64,000 bases of DNA, taken from NCBI GenBank assembly GCA_041750555.1, contig JBGSZB010000036.1, forward strand, positions 17,473 to 81,472, given 5' to 3'. This DNA is from Candidatus Dojkabacteria bacterium (GTDB taxonomy: Bacteria > Patescibacteriota > Dojkabacteria > J137). The translations under genes were made by a program, and so were the position numbers. This document shows positions 9,848 to 19,952 of this stretch, in pieces (position 1 is the stretch's first letter; each line of letters begins with the position of its first letter). A model generated the notes under the pieces. It worked only from the letters and a program-made list of their open reading frames with translations, made no database searches and was not told where the DNA came from.

Positions 9848-10240
9848 TTATTGTTCTTCTGAAAAACGTTTTCTTAAAAGATCATCTACCCGACCAAGTG
9901 TTGCTTGAGTATCCTGTTTAATATACAGCAGTTTTTGATGAATAAACTCTGAACATTCACTACACTCTGCTAATATAATCTCAACTACAGTTGTTAATCT
10001 TCTATCATCCTTAAATACTTCCAAGTAAAGAGCTAAAAGACTTAAAATATCATCTCTTCTACCTTCCATTGTCATTAGCATATTGTTTTTAGCTATAACT
10101 CCAAATCTAATTGCCTCTATGAATCTATCTCTTTCTAACACTTCATCCAATTTTTTAAGTTCTTCTAAATCAGCTATTACTCTAGCTTTGAGATCTCCTA
10201 TTGTAGTTTTTAAACCAATAAGTAAATTTTTATCTGGCAT
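9848..10240 (-). CDS. Small helical orphan, tandem paralog 1
   Basis: DLEELK..FKDDRRLTTVVEII. Confidence 0.7.
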   Translation of the reverse strand: MPDKNLLIGLKTTIGDLKARVIADLEELKKLDEVLERDRFIEAIRFGVIAKNNMLMTMEGRRDDILSLLALYLEVFKDDRRLTTVVEIILAECSECSEFIHQKLLYIKQDTQATLGRVDDLLRKRFSEEQ

Positions 10241-10293
10241 AAAAAAGATATTTAACTATGTTGATATTAACACCAAATCATTAACTTATTCAA

Positions 10294-11259
10294 TTATTCA
10301 CAACTTTGTAGATACTTCAAACTAAAGCTAGATAAGTCTAATAGATTAATTACGCCATCGTTGTTAACATCTCTACTACCACAACTTTTAGTGTCAAGGG
10401 TTTCTACACACTCTTTAGAATATACTTTCATAAATTCAGTTAAATCTAGAGAATTAATAAACTGATCGTTATTAAAATCCATTGCACCACATAAAACATC
10501 TAAATTATTATCATTAATTAATACCTTAGATATCTCTACTGAAACATTAGCTCCTGTAGCAAAATTACCTGTATAACAAGCATCAATTCGGGAAGCTACA
10601 CTAATTAACTTGTTAGTACCAGTTTCTAAAATTGGACTACCACTATCACCAAAACATAATCCACCACTTTCTCCTCTAAAAGATATTGAATCTCCACCAA
10701 AAGATGTGCTTTCAACACAAAGAGTAGCGCTTTTCCTTAATGGACTTGAAGTTTCTAGAGAATCTTTACCATAACCTACAACTGTATAGTTACAAGAAGT
10801 TGATGCTGTAGCTACCTCTGCATATTGATCTAGTAATATATCTTCACTTAGAATAACAATTGAAATATCACTTGAGATATTTCCATCTAAAATCCAATTA
10901 GGATGAATAAATATCTCTTTAGATCTAATATACTTAGTTTTATCATAGTCAAAGTTTCCTAATTGAAAAAATACTTCACTTGTATCATCAACACAGTGAG
11001 AAGCAGTAACTACAGTATTTTTGTTAATTAATGCTCCTCCACATAGCTCAAACTCAGTAAACGATATCTCACTAACAATATATCCAACAAATGGATAACC
11101 ACTTTCTAATTTACCGCCAAATATAGCGCCAGAATCAAGTGGTGCATTAGATTTTCTTAATCTTTCAGTAACTCCTATTAAAAGAAATATACCAAAAAGA
11201 ATAAAAGTTAATATTAAAACTCTTTTAATTAATTCTTTTTTTGCTAAATTATCATTCAT
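10294..11259 (-). CDS. Trypsin-like (S1) serine protease with C-terminal dockerin
   Basis: N-terminal TM, IFGG, TASHC, DIS, GDSGSP; duplicated DFNNDQFINSLDL / DVNNDGVINLLDL. Confidence 0.9.
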   Translation of the reverse strand: MNDNLAKKELIKRVLILTFILFGIFLLIGVTERLRKSNAPLDSGAIFGGKLESGYPFVGYIVSEISFTEFELCGGALINKNTVVTASHCVDDTSEVFFQLGNFDYDKTKYIRSKEIFIHPNWILDGNISSDISIVILSEDILLDQYAEVATASTSCNYTVVGYGKDSLETSSPLRKSATLCVESTSFGGDSISFRGESGGLCFGDSGSPILETGTNKLISVASRIDACYTGNFATGANVSVEISKVLINDNNLDVLCGAMDFNNDQFINSLDLTEFMKVYSKECVETLDTKSCGSRDVNNDGVINLLDLSSFSLKYLQSCE

Positions 11260-11260
11260 A

Positions 11261-11893
11261 TTAAATAGGGTTTCTTTTTCTTCTAAAAAGTATAAGAGTC
11301 ATTGAAATAATAAAAAACGATATAGAGATAATTAACCCTATACTACTAAATATTAAAACATCATCGTTTGTATCTATATTAAATCCTCCAATAGTAACTA
11401 TATCTTTTTCATCTTCCTTTACAATCTTATCCTCTAAACTATCTAAATCTTCTCTTAAATCTTCTCCATTAGAATAAAAACTACCATTAGCTTTAACAAT
11501 TGAAAACTTATCGCTATCTAATACTTTAAAAGTTAGAAATCCTAGAGATTCATTTAAAGTTAATTCACTATCCTTAACGAGTGTTGCACAAACCCTATTA
11601 TCAGTAAAATATTCTCCATTTGTACAATCAGGATTTACAATTACAAAATCTTTAGCATTATATATTTCAAAATCAGTAATCCTGATCCCTGTAGAAATGA
11701 TGCTAATCTTTACACCATTCTCACGATCTTCAGGAGTTGCTTTTAACTCTAAGGTATAGCTTTCTCCATTAGTAAACGATGTATAGTTGTTAACTAAGTA
11801 ATATGCTTTTGCATTAAAGGTAATATTTGAGAAGATACTAAACATTAAAAATGTAATTAGTAATATTTTTCTATGTAATTTTATAGAATTCAT
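11261..11893 (-). CDS. Secreted, C-terminally membrane-anchored cohesin-like protein
   Basis: Signal peptide (..NAKA), beta-sandwich with LGFLTFKV, C-terminal TM followed by RRKR. Confidence 0.55.
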   Translation of the reverse strand: MNSIKLHRKILLITFLMFSIFSNITFNAKAYYLVNNYTSFTNGESYTLELKATPEDRENGVKISIISTGIRITDFEIYNAKDFVIVNPDCTNGEYFTDNRVCATLVKDSELTLNESLGFLTFKVLDSDKFSIVKANGSFYSNGEDLREDLDSLEDKIVKEDEKDIVTIGGFNIDTNDDVLIFSSIGLIISISFFIISMTLILFRRKRNPI

Positions 11894-11978
11894 TAAATTT
11901 AGTTAACAAGTCATTCTAATATATTACAAGTGAAGTTTAAATAACTAATTAATAACCAATAATTAACTCTAATAATTA

Positions 11979-13433
11979 TTAGTTATTTAATATTACTTTT
12001 GAGGCTTTAAAGAGAGTATCTTCATTAAACATATTTGCCATTAATTGAATTCCTATTGGTAAACCTTTACTATCTACACCAAGAGGTAAACTAATTGCAG
12101 GAATTCCAGCTAAATTAGCAGTAACAGTAAATATATCTACTAAATACATTTGAATAGGATCATTAATCTTTTCTCCAATTTTAAATGCAGTAGTTGGAGA
12201 TACAGGAGAAATTATTACATCTACATCTTTAAATGCATTTTTAAATTCATTTTTAATCTTTTCGCGAACAAGACTTGCTCTTTTATAGTATTGATCTGAG
12301 TAACCCTTACTTAGTGCAAATGTTCCAATCATTATTCTTCTCTTTACTTCTTCTTCAAAATATTTACTTCTACCCTCACTCAAGTTTTCTTCATAATTAT
12401 CGCTCTCTATTGGTCCATATCTTACACCATCATATCTTGCTCTATTAGAAGATATTTCAGATGGAACTAATACATAGTAACAAGCTAGAGCGTATTTAGA
12501 TGATGGAAGAGATATATCTTTAATTTTAAATCCTTTATCTTTTAATTCTTTAATTTTTAAATCAATAGCCTCCTTAATTTCAGGATTTAATCCATCAATA
12601 AAAAACTCAGGAGCTACTCCAAATGTAATGTTTTTTAATTCAGATTCTTCTATTTTATTTAATGAATCTAAATAGTTAATTGTTTCAGTTTCTGAAGTTG
12701 TTGCATCATTAATATCTTTTCCAGCCATAATGCTCTCTAAAAGAGCCATATCTTCTAAGTTTCTTGTAAAGAATCCTGGTGTATCAAATGAAGAAGCCAT
12801 AGCACCTATTCCATATCTAGAATTCCTACCGTAAGTTGGTTTTAAACCTAAAAGTCCTGTAAAAGATGCAGGTAATCGAACTGATCCCCCTGTATCTGTA
12901 CCTAATGAAAAGAAGCCTACACCACTTAATAGTCCACTAGCACTACCTGAACTTGATCCTCCAGGTGTTCTTTCTAAATCTAGAGGATGTTTAGTTGCTC
13001 CATAACCAGAATTTTCTCCACTACTTCCAAACCCCCAAGGATCACAATTAGCTTTAGCTATTAATATACCTCCTTGATCTAAACATTTTTGAACTACAGT
13101 TGAAGTATATACAGCAATAAAGTCACTCATATATTTAGAACCAAATGTAGTTCTAATTCCATCCACCATGTATAAATCTTTAACAGTGAATGGTATTCCA
13201 AGTAAACTTTTATTTTCTAAATCAGTGTCCCCATTTTGAATTTTCAAATCTAATTCTAAAGCTCTATCAAGCGCACTATCAATTATTGTTATAAAAGCAT
13301 TAGTGTCGCTATTAACACTATGAGCTCTCTCTAAATGCTCTTTAATTAAATCAACAACCCTTAATTCTTTATTTCTTATTCTTTTAACTGTATTAGTTAT
13401 TGTATCTATATTTGGTATTTCTAATTTATTCAT
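11979..13433 (-). CDS. gatA: Asp/Glu-tRNA amidotransferase subunit A
   Basis: PGGSSSGS, GTDTGGSVRLPA, SSNRARYDGVRYG, EVKRRIMIGT. Confidence 0.96.
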   Translation of the reverse strand: MNKLEIPNIDTITNTVKRIRNKELRVVDLIKEHLERAHSVNSDTNAFITIIDSALDRALELDLKIQNGDTDLENKSLLGIPFTVKDLYMVDGIRTTFGSKYMSDFIAVYTSTVVQKCLDQGGILIAKANCDPWGFGSSGENSGYGATKHPLDLERTPGGSSSGSASGLLSGVGFFSLGTDTGGSVRLPASFTGLLGLKPTYGRNSRYGIGAMASSFDTPGFFTRNLEDMALLESIMAGKDINDATTSETETINYLDSLNKIEESELKNITFGVAPEFFIDGLNPEIKEAIDLKIKELKDKGFKIKDISLPSSKYALACYYVLVPSEISSNRARYDGVRYGPIESDNYEENLSEGRSKYFEEEVKRRIMIGTFALSKGYSDQYYKRASLVREKIKNEFKNAFKDVDVIISPVSPTTAFKIGEKINDPIQMYLVDIFTVTANLAGIPAISLPLGVDSKGLPIGIQLMANMFNEDTLFKASKVILNN

Positions 13434-13544
13434 AGTTTTATTAATTTAATGCAATTATATCTTTTACTATTCTTATTGAGAAGTGTTGTAATATATTTTA
13501 AATTTTAGTACAATAACAGAATTGTTTACAGAAATGAATAACAA

Positions 13545-13619
13545 ATGAATATATTAAATGTCTTTACAACCTTAACTATTTTAAATCTCATTATTATTGA
13601 GAGATTTATTAGGAGGTAA
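13545..13619 (+). CDS. Ile-rich leader peptide MNILNVFTTLTILNLIIIERFIRR (24 aa)
   Basis: Read directly; ATT ATT ATT at 13590-13598 in the loop of an 8-bp hairpin (13582-13589 with 13601-13608). Confidence 0.72.
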   Translation: MNILNVFTTLTILNLIIIERFIRR

Positions 13620-13667
13620 AGATATATATTTTTAAATATTAGAAACCTCCTAAAAGGAGGTTTTTTT
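13609..13667 (+). terminator. Attenuator: antiterminator (13609-13617 with 13645-13653) versus terminator (13643-13667)
   Basis: TTAGGAGGT complementary to ACCTCCTAA; terminator AAACCTCCT-AAA-AGGAGGTTTTTTT ends 2 nt before the next ATG. Confidence 0.8.
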
Positions 13668-13669
13668 AT

Positions 13670-14221
13670 ATGTACTTAAAAAGTAAAGTTGAGACAAAGG
13701 GCTATAGTGAAAAATTGCTTGAAGTAAAAAGAATATATGAGCGTGTTATGGTCCCACGCAAAAATATTATTTATGGTATCCAACCAATAAATCATAGAGA
13801 AGGAGATGAGAGTGAGTCACAATTTTCTAACGAAAGAATTAGATCAATTTTCAAAAATCTTAAAACCTATGGTATAGCTATAATTCCTCCAATTACTTTA
13901 GTTATATTTAGGGGTACACCAGTAATCGTAGATGGTCATCATAGATATAGAGCTATTGGCAAGTATAATGCTTGGTTAAGGCAAAATGGAGAAGAAGAAA
14001 TTACACATATTCCTGTAGATATATTAGATTATGAAGATTATAAGAAGGTAATGCAGTTAGATGAAAGTAACTCAGATGATATGTTTCTGTATCTTGTAGA
14101 ATGTGCAGCAATAAGCTTTATTTCATTAATTGAGCAAACTAAGACCGATTTAGAAAAACCTTTAATAATGCCCGTTCTTCCATTTAGAGAGAATATTGGA
14201 ATAGGAAATGATGAGCAATAG
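13670..14221 (+). CDS. ParB/sulfiredoxin-fold protein without ParB HTH
   Basis: PPITLV..IVDGHHRYRA..IPV. Confidence 0.75.
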   Translation: MYLKSKVETKGYSEKLLEVKRIYERVMVPRKNIIYGIQPINHREGDESESQFSNERIRSIFKNLKTYGIAIIPPITLVIFRGTPVIVDGHHRYRAIGKYNAWLRQNGEEEITHIPVDILDYEDYKKVMQLDESNSDDMFLYLVECAAISFISLIEQTKTDLEKPLIMPVLPFRENIGIGNDEQ

Positions 14222-14241
14222 TGATGATATAATTTATCTAT

Positions 14242-14484
14242 ATGGAAAATCAATGTATTGAAGATAAATTAAACAGTTATAGAGTAAAAACTTTCAGGGA
14301 GTTAACAACTCTTGTTTGGAGGATTGCTGATAGATATGCTTATTATGAACTCATAATGAGGGAAATTGAAAATGGTTTTTCTATACTAGAGGCAGAAAAC
14401 CAAGTAAACAAGATCTTTGCAATAAGGAGCTTTGAGGATTTTTTAAATTTTGAGTCTGAAAAACTTGGGATACTCGAATCCTAA
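14242..14484 (+). CDS. Small hypothetical protein
   Basis: 80 aa ORF with its own TGaTATAAT at 14225-14233. Confidence 0.6.
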   Translation: MENQCIEDKLNSYRVKTFRELTTLVWRIADRYAYYELIMREIENGFSILEAENQVNKIFAIRSFEDFLNFESEKLGILES

Positions 14485-15933
14485 TTAATCAACCCCTAAT
14501 ATATATTTATATACATTGTAAACACCATTAGATTCTGTATCTGAAGTTCTATCATCTAATAGAATGTATGATGATTTACCATTAATAGTGATATATGTAT
14601 TTAAATCAATAATATATTCTTGAGAAATAACTTCATTAAGATTTAAACCATCATAATCACTAATCCATAAAGATTTAGTTTCATTATCATTACTACTTAA
14701 AATCATAATACTATTACCATTAGGAGTATATTTAACAAACAAAGTATCTAAATTAATATCAAAACTAGATTCAAAATCAGTATATGTTTTAGAATTACCT
14801 ACAGTTTCTTCAAACTTAATACTTAAGTATTTATTATCTTCTTGTTTAAATAATAAATTTAAAAAGTTAGGAGATATATCTACTAATTCATAATTAAAAT
14901 CAAAAACTCTAGTAAATGATTTATCTAAATCAATAAATATATATTTAGAATTAGTTTTTAAAAGAATAATTTCATTCTCATCTCTAGAAATATATATATT
15001 ATTTACACTATCATCTAATTCAATTAAATCTTCTAAATCTAATACTTCAGCAGCTTGTTTATTAGAATATTCAAATATCTTATTTAAATCTTTTCTGTAG
15101 TAATAAAGAGCTTGACTGTTATTTGCAAATATAGAAGAGGTTTTTAATGAATTGTATTCTATAACACTTAAACTTTTAGAAGATAATTCGTAATAACTTA
15201 AAAGATTATTTGATAATAAAATTAACCCTTCTGAGTTTTGAAACCAACTAAACTTATCTGGATAAAATCCTAAAGTATCGTTAAGTTTAGTTAATGTTGA
15301 AGTTGATATATTTAAATAATAAAGTTCTTTTGTTGTTTTTAAATCAATAATTAAATTATTATTGTTATTTGAAACACTTATTGAATAATCATCTAGTTTT
15401 TTAATAAACTCACTATCTAATTTAATAATTTGAGATGGAGTATTGTTACTAAAATTTAAAAATCCTCTATTTAAACCTAATCTCCAAATACCAATATCTT
15501 CAACCTCTTTAGAATCCTTAATTAAATAATAAAGATATTCACTATTATCTGGTACATATATTTTATCAACTCTAGAATCAGTAGTTTTTTCAAATAATAC
15601 TCTTACAGGAGATAATTGAGCTACAATATCTTCTACAACACCACTTCTTAAATTTACAATTCTTTCCCAATCTCTATACCCATCTTTTTTTAAAGTTACT
15701 TTTGTTATTCCAGGAGTTAACCATTCAACTCTATTTTCATTCTTACTAACCTCCACATCGTTAATATATATACTTACATCTGTGGGAGAACTATTAACTC
15801 TTAAAATACTTGTATTGGTAACAACTCCATTATCATCTATTCTATTACCTTGTGCTAAGGTAATTACGTATATAGATACAGCAGAAAACAGTAATAGCGA
15901 TAAAATTGTAGATAATAATCTTCTCTTCATCAT
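14485..15933 (-). CDS. PEGA-domain membrane-anchored protein with beta-propeller-like C-terminus
   Basis: TM, then LRVNSSPTDVSIYIND..LTPG..KKDGYRDW. Confidence 0.8.
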   Translation of the reverse strand: MMKRRLLSTILSLLLFSAVSIYVITLAQGNRIDDNGVVTNTSILRVNSSPTDVSIYINDVEVSKNENRVEWLTPGITKVTLKKDGYRDWERIVNLRSGVVEDIVAQLSPVRVLFEKTTDSRVDKIYVPDNSEYLYYLIKDSKEVEDIGIWRLGLNRGFLNFSNNTPSQIIKLDSEFIKKLDDYSISVSNNNNNLIIDLKTTKELYYLNISTSTLTKLNDTLGFYPDKFSWFQNSEGLILLSNNLLSYYELSSKSLSVIEYNSLKTSSIFANNSQALYYYRKDLNKIFEYSNKQAAEVLDLEDLIELDDSVNNIYISRDENEIILLKTNSKYIFIDLDKSFTRVFDFNYELVDISPNFLNLLFKQEDNKYLSIKFEETVGNSKTYTDFESSFDINLDTLFVKYTPNGNSIMILSSNDNETKSLWISDYDGLNLNEVISQEYIIDLNTYITINGKSSYILLDDRTSDTESNGVYNVYKYILGVD

Positions 15934-16025
15934 GGTAAGTATATCACTATAATTTTATGGTTTGTAGTATCATTTTAGAACATTTTTTATATATAATTAC
16001 CAAGCTGTAGTAATATATCATTAGT

Positions 16026-17147
16026 ATGAAAAAAGTTTTAATATTAGTCCCATATTCTTACCCATCTAAATGTGGTGTATGGAGTAGAGCATACTTAGAT
16101 GCTAAATATCTTAAATCAAAAGGATTTGATGTAACAATATTTAGTTCTAATATATTAAAAGGAACTAATGAAAAATTACCTAAAAGTGATGAAATAGATG
16201 GAATAAAGATACTGAGATTTAAAGTATTGTTTAAACTAGGTGGCTCTTCAATGTTTTGGTTTTTTGCTATAAAGTTTTTAAGATTAAATCCAAGTATAGT
16301 TCATACACATGGATTTAGACACCCTCATTCTTTAATGAGTTTAATATTAGGAAAATTAACATTTAAAAAAGTATTATTAACAACTCATGCTCCATTTGAA
16401 AAAGATAATAACAGATCAATATTTTTAAAAATTATAGATACTCTTTACGATTTAATAATTGCAAGAATTGAATTAAAGTTATACAACAATGTAATTAGAA
16501 TATCTAATTGGGAAGTACCGTATTTAAAAAAGTTAGGAGTTAAAAATAGTGTTTTTATACCTAATGGAGTTAATGAAATATTTAATGAAGGAGTAACTTC
16601 TCCTTCTAAAAGTGATGTTCCATTTAAAAGAGTAATATTTATGGGGAGGTTAGATCCTGTAAAGAGATTAGAATGGATAATTAATGTTGCAGAGCAAATT
16701 GAAACTTCTAGTAATAATGTTTTAAAAGATATTAAGTTCTTAATTAGGGGAAGTTTAAATGGTTATGATTCTTTAGAATCTAAAAGTAGTAATTTAACCC
16801 TAGATAAAACTTCGTATGACTATAGTGAATTTATAAGAGAATTAGATACAAGTGATATTTATATATTACCAAGCATTAGAGAAGCTCTTCCATATACATT
16901 ATTAGAGGCAATGTCTAGAGGTAAAATTGTAATTACATCTAATAGCTTAGGGGGTTTAGAAGTTGTAAAAAATGGTATTAATGGATTTATTGTTTCAAAT
17001 GAAACAGAGCTTAGGGAAGTTTTAGAATATATTTATTCTAATTGGGATAAAATGTATAAGATAAGGACAGAAGCTATAAATAGAGCTTTAGAGTATAATA
17101 TTAATCTAGTTAATGAAAAACTTGGTAAAATATACAAACAATTTTAA
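16026..17147 (+). CDS. Glycosyltransferase family 4
   Basis: IPNGV, FMGRLDPVKR, PSIREALPYTLLEAM. Confidence 0.92.
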   Translation: MKKVLILVPYSYPSKCGVWSRAYLDAKYLKSKGFDVTIFSSNILKGTNEKLPKSDEIDGIKILRFKVLFKLGGSSMFWFFAIKFLRLNPSIVHTHGFRHPHSLMSLILGKLTFKKVLLTTHAPFEKDNNRSIFLKIIDTLYDLIIARIELKLYNNVIRISNWEVPYLKKLGVKNSVFIPNGVNEIFNEGVTSPSKSDVPFKRVIFMGRLDPVKRLEWIINVAEQIETSSNNVLKDIKFLIRGSLNGYDSLESKSSNLTLDKTSYDYSEFIRELDTSDIYILPSIREALPYTLLEAMSRGKIVITSNSLGGLEVVKNGINGFIVSNETELREVLEYIYSNWDKMYKIRTEAINRALEYNINLVNEKLGKIYKQF

Positions 17148-17163
17148 ATATTAGAAATTTTTT

Positions 17164-17802
17164 ATGAAGATACCGTCAATAGTTTGGATAATTCTATTAG
17201 TAGTTATAGGTGGAGCTTTTATAATATTTTTATCTCAAAATAAAGCTACCCCAACCGATATTACACTACCTCTTGATGTTGAAGTTTATTCTGACTATAA
17301 CTGCCCTCACTGTGCAACCTTAGTTCCATATGTTTATCAGGTTGTAGAAACTTATGGAGAAGATTTAAATTTAGAAAAGAGACACTTACCATTTTTAACT
17401 GATTCCTCATATACGTATGCATATGCTGCAGAAGCTGCAAGAGACCAAGATAAGTTTGATGAGTACAACTTAGAGTTATTCAAATGGTTAGAGTATGTAA
17501 GAAATAGTGAATCTACAACATTTGAATACTCCGATGAAGAAAAAGAACTATTCTCAAATGATGTTAATTTAGAAACTATTGCACAAAGATATAGTTTAGA
17601 TTTAGAAAAATTTAACTTTGATAGAAATTCAGAAGAAATTAAAGATAGAGTAATACTTGAAAAAAGTAATGTTGTTAAAAGATTAGGTGGTCAATTTACA
17701 CCTGTAGTATTTATTGAAGGTGAGAGATATGAATTAACTACATTTAATGACTTAAGTAATAGAATAGCTGAATTAATTAATTCTGTTAAAGATAATAAAT
17801 GA
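17164..17802 (+). CDS. DsbA-like thioredoxin
   Basis: N-terminal TM, YSDYNCPHC, FTPVVFI. Confidence 0.9.
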   Translation: MKIPSIVWIILLVVIGGAFIIFLSQNKATPTDITLPLDVEVYSDYNCPHCATLVPYVYQVVETYGEDLNLEKRHLPFLTDSSYTYAYAAEAARDQDKFDEYNLELFKWLEYVRNSESTTFEYSDEEKELFSNDVNLETIAQRYSLDLEKFNFDRNSEEIKDRVILEKSNVVKRLGGQFTPVVFIEGERYELTTFNDLSNRIAELINSVKDNK

Positions 17803-18545
17803 GATTAAATAGATTCTTTACACCTAGAAAACACATTGGTGTTGGAAGTAGTGTAAAGCTTGAAGATAGTGATATTAGTCATATTAGAAAAGTCTTAAGA
17901 CTAGCTCCTGGAGCTCAAATACTTTTATTTAATAATTCAAAAGAATATTTAGCTACTTTAAAAATAGTTTCTAAAGACTTTATAACAGCAGAAATTAAAG
18001 AAAAAGTTAAAGAGTTTGATAATGAGAATACTCGTGAAGTAACTCTATTCCAATCCCTACTAAAGGCTGGTAAGTTTGATTTAATAATTGAAAAGACAAC
18101 AGAATTAGGTATTGATAAATTTATTCCATTAGAAACTGAGTTTTCCCAATCTAAATTAGAAGATGCATCTAAAAAGATTATGAGGTGGAAGAATATTGTA
18201 ATGGCAGCATCAAAACAAAGTGGAAGAATAAAAATGATGGATATATTAAATCCAATAAAGGTAAATAATATAGAATCTTCCCTTATAGAAATAGGTATTG
18301 AAAAGTTAATTGTTTTTGTATCTGAATCTAATTTAAAAAATTGTGAATTTAAGAATATTAAAGATTTAAAACTTGATAACTTTAAAAGAGTAGGAGTAGT
18401 TATTGGAAGTGAAGGAGGGTTTTCCCCAACTGAAATTGAAACTTTTAAAAAACTTGAAGCTATGTTTATAACAATGGATAATGTAGTTTTAAGAAGTGAA
18501 ACTGCATCAGTGTTTTTTAGTGGAATAATTAAGAATCTATATTAA
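17799..18545 (+). CDS. rsmE: 16S rRNA m3U1498 methyltransferase
   Basis: HIRKVLRL, IEKTTELG, IGSEGGFS, LRSETA. Confidence 0.95.
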   Translation: MRLNRFFTPRKHIGVGSSVKLEDSDISHIRKVLRLAPGAQILLFNNSKEYLATLKIVSKDFITAEIKEKVKEFDNENTREVTLFQSLLKAGKFDLIIEKTTELGIDKFIPLETEFSQSKLEDASKKIMRWKNIVMAASKQSGRIKMMDILNPIKVNNIESSLIEIGIEKLIVFVSESNLKNCEFKNIKDLKLDNFKRVGVVIGSEGGFSPTEIETFKKLEAMFITMDNVVLRSETASVFFSGIIKNLY

Positions 18546-18596
18546 CTTATATTCAATTATTAATATTGAATACTTTATCTATTAATATTGAAGTTT

Positions 18597-19937
18597 ATGC
18601 TTACTAATATAAAAAACTTTAAAGGTGTGTTAATTCATTTTCTTTTAATATTTTTAACATATATCCCTTTCTTAATATTTAGTTTAATTGAAGTTAGTAA
18701 AGGGGTGAGTAGTGATACTTTAATTCAGTATGTTCAATCTAATATTGGGATTCTTGGTTTATTATTAATGTTATGGCAGGTAACATTAGGTGTTAGATCA
18801 ATTGCAACTATATTTACTAAAGACATTATATGGCTTAACTCAATTCATTCATTCTTTGGAAAATATGGTTTTGTTTTAATAATGTTACATCCAATTCTTT
18901 ATTATTACAGAAGGTTAATTGATGTTGGAGCTATATCATTACCTAATTTAAGTTTAGTTCGTGATCAATATATATTTTTAGGTCAATTAGCAATATTTCT
19001 ATTAGGTAGTTTATGGGTAACTTCAGCAATATTTAGAAATAAATTACCATATAGGTTATGGAAATTTATACACTTTGTATCATACCCTATAATATTCTTA
19101 GTATTTATACATAGTCTTAATATTGGAGTAATTTTAAATACTCCAAGAAGTGATGTATTAAGATACGTTTGGATTATTCTTTTTATTATCTTTATTCTTG
19201 CATCAATTTATAGATTAATTTTCCAAATAGGAATATTAAAGTATAAATATGTTGTATCAGGTGTAACTAAGGTTGCTCTAGATACCTCTAAGATTGATTT
19301 AAAACCTATAAATAAAGTATTAAATATTAATCCTTCTCAGTTTCTATATATTCAAAACAATATTTTTGATGAAGCTCATCCATACACAATATCTCATAAA
19401 AATATGGAAAGTAATGAGATAAGTATTACTGTTAAAAATTTAGGTAAACATAGTGAGTATTTAAATGAATTAAGAATTGGCCATAAAATATATTTAGATG
19501 GTCCATATGGAGTATTTATGCAGGATAAGTCTTTGTTGGATAAATACCCTCTTGTATTATTAGCTGGAGGTATTGGTATTACTCCTTTTGTTGATTATAT
19601 TAATTCATTAAAAACTAAAGAATTAAATCATGATGTTATATTGTTTTTTGGAGCTAAAACTATTGATGATTTAGCTTTTAAAAGTGACTTTGATGAGGTT
19701 TCAAGATTAAACCCTAGGTTTAAGGTTATATATGTCTTAAGTGATGTTAAAGAGAGTATTTCAGGCTTTGAAACTGGATATATTACAGAGGAATTAATAA
19801 AAAGATATATAACTGAGTTTAATAACAGAAAGTATTTTGTATGTGGACCAACATTAATGTTAGAAAAGGTTGAGGAGATTTTAAAGAGTAATAATGTAAG
19901 TATTGATGATATTTATAGTGAGAAGTTTAGTTTCTAA
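18597..19937 (+). CDS. Ferric-reductase-like membrane oxidoreductase with FAD/NAD-binding domains
   Basis: TM His residues, HPYTIS, DGPYG, AGGIGITP, VCGP, EKFSF; ATG start chosen over TTG at 18588. Confidence 0.9.
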   Translation: MLTNIKNFKGVLIHFLLIFLTYIPFLIFSLIEVSKGVSSDTLIQYVQSNIGILGLLLMLWQVTLGVRSIATIFTKDIIWLNSIHSFFGKYGFVLIMLHPILYYYRRLIDVGAISLPNLSLVRDQYIFLGQLAIFLLGSLWVTSAIFRNKLPYRLWKFIHFVSYPIIFLVFIHSLNIGVILNTPRSDVLRYVWIILFIIFILASIYRLIFQIGILKYKYVVSGVTKVALDTSKIDLKPINKVLNINPSQFLYIQNNIFDEAHPYTISHKNMESNEISITVKNLGKHSEYLNELRIGHKIYLDGPYGVFMQDKSLLDKYPLVLLAGGIGITPFVDYINSLKTKELNHDVILFFGAKTIDDLAFKSDFDEVSRLNPRFKVIYVLSDVKESISGFETGYITEELIKRYITEFNNRKYFVCGPTLMLEKVEEILKSNNVSIDDIYSEKFSF

Positions 19938-19952
19938 TATTAATATACTAAT

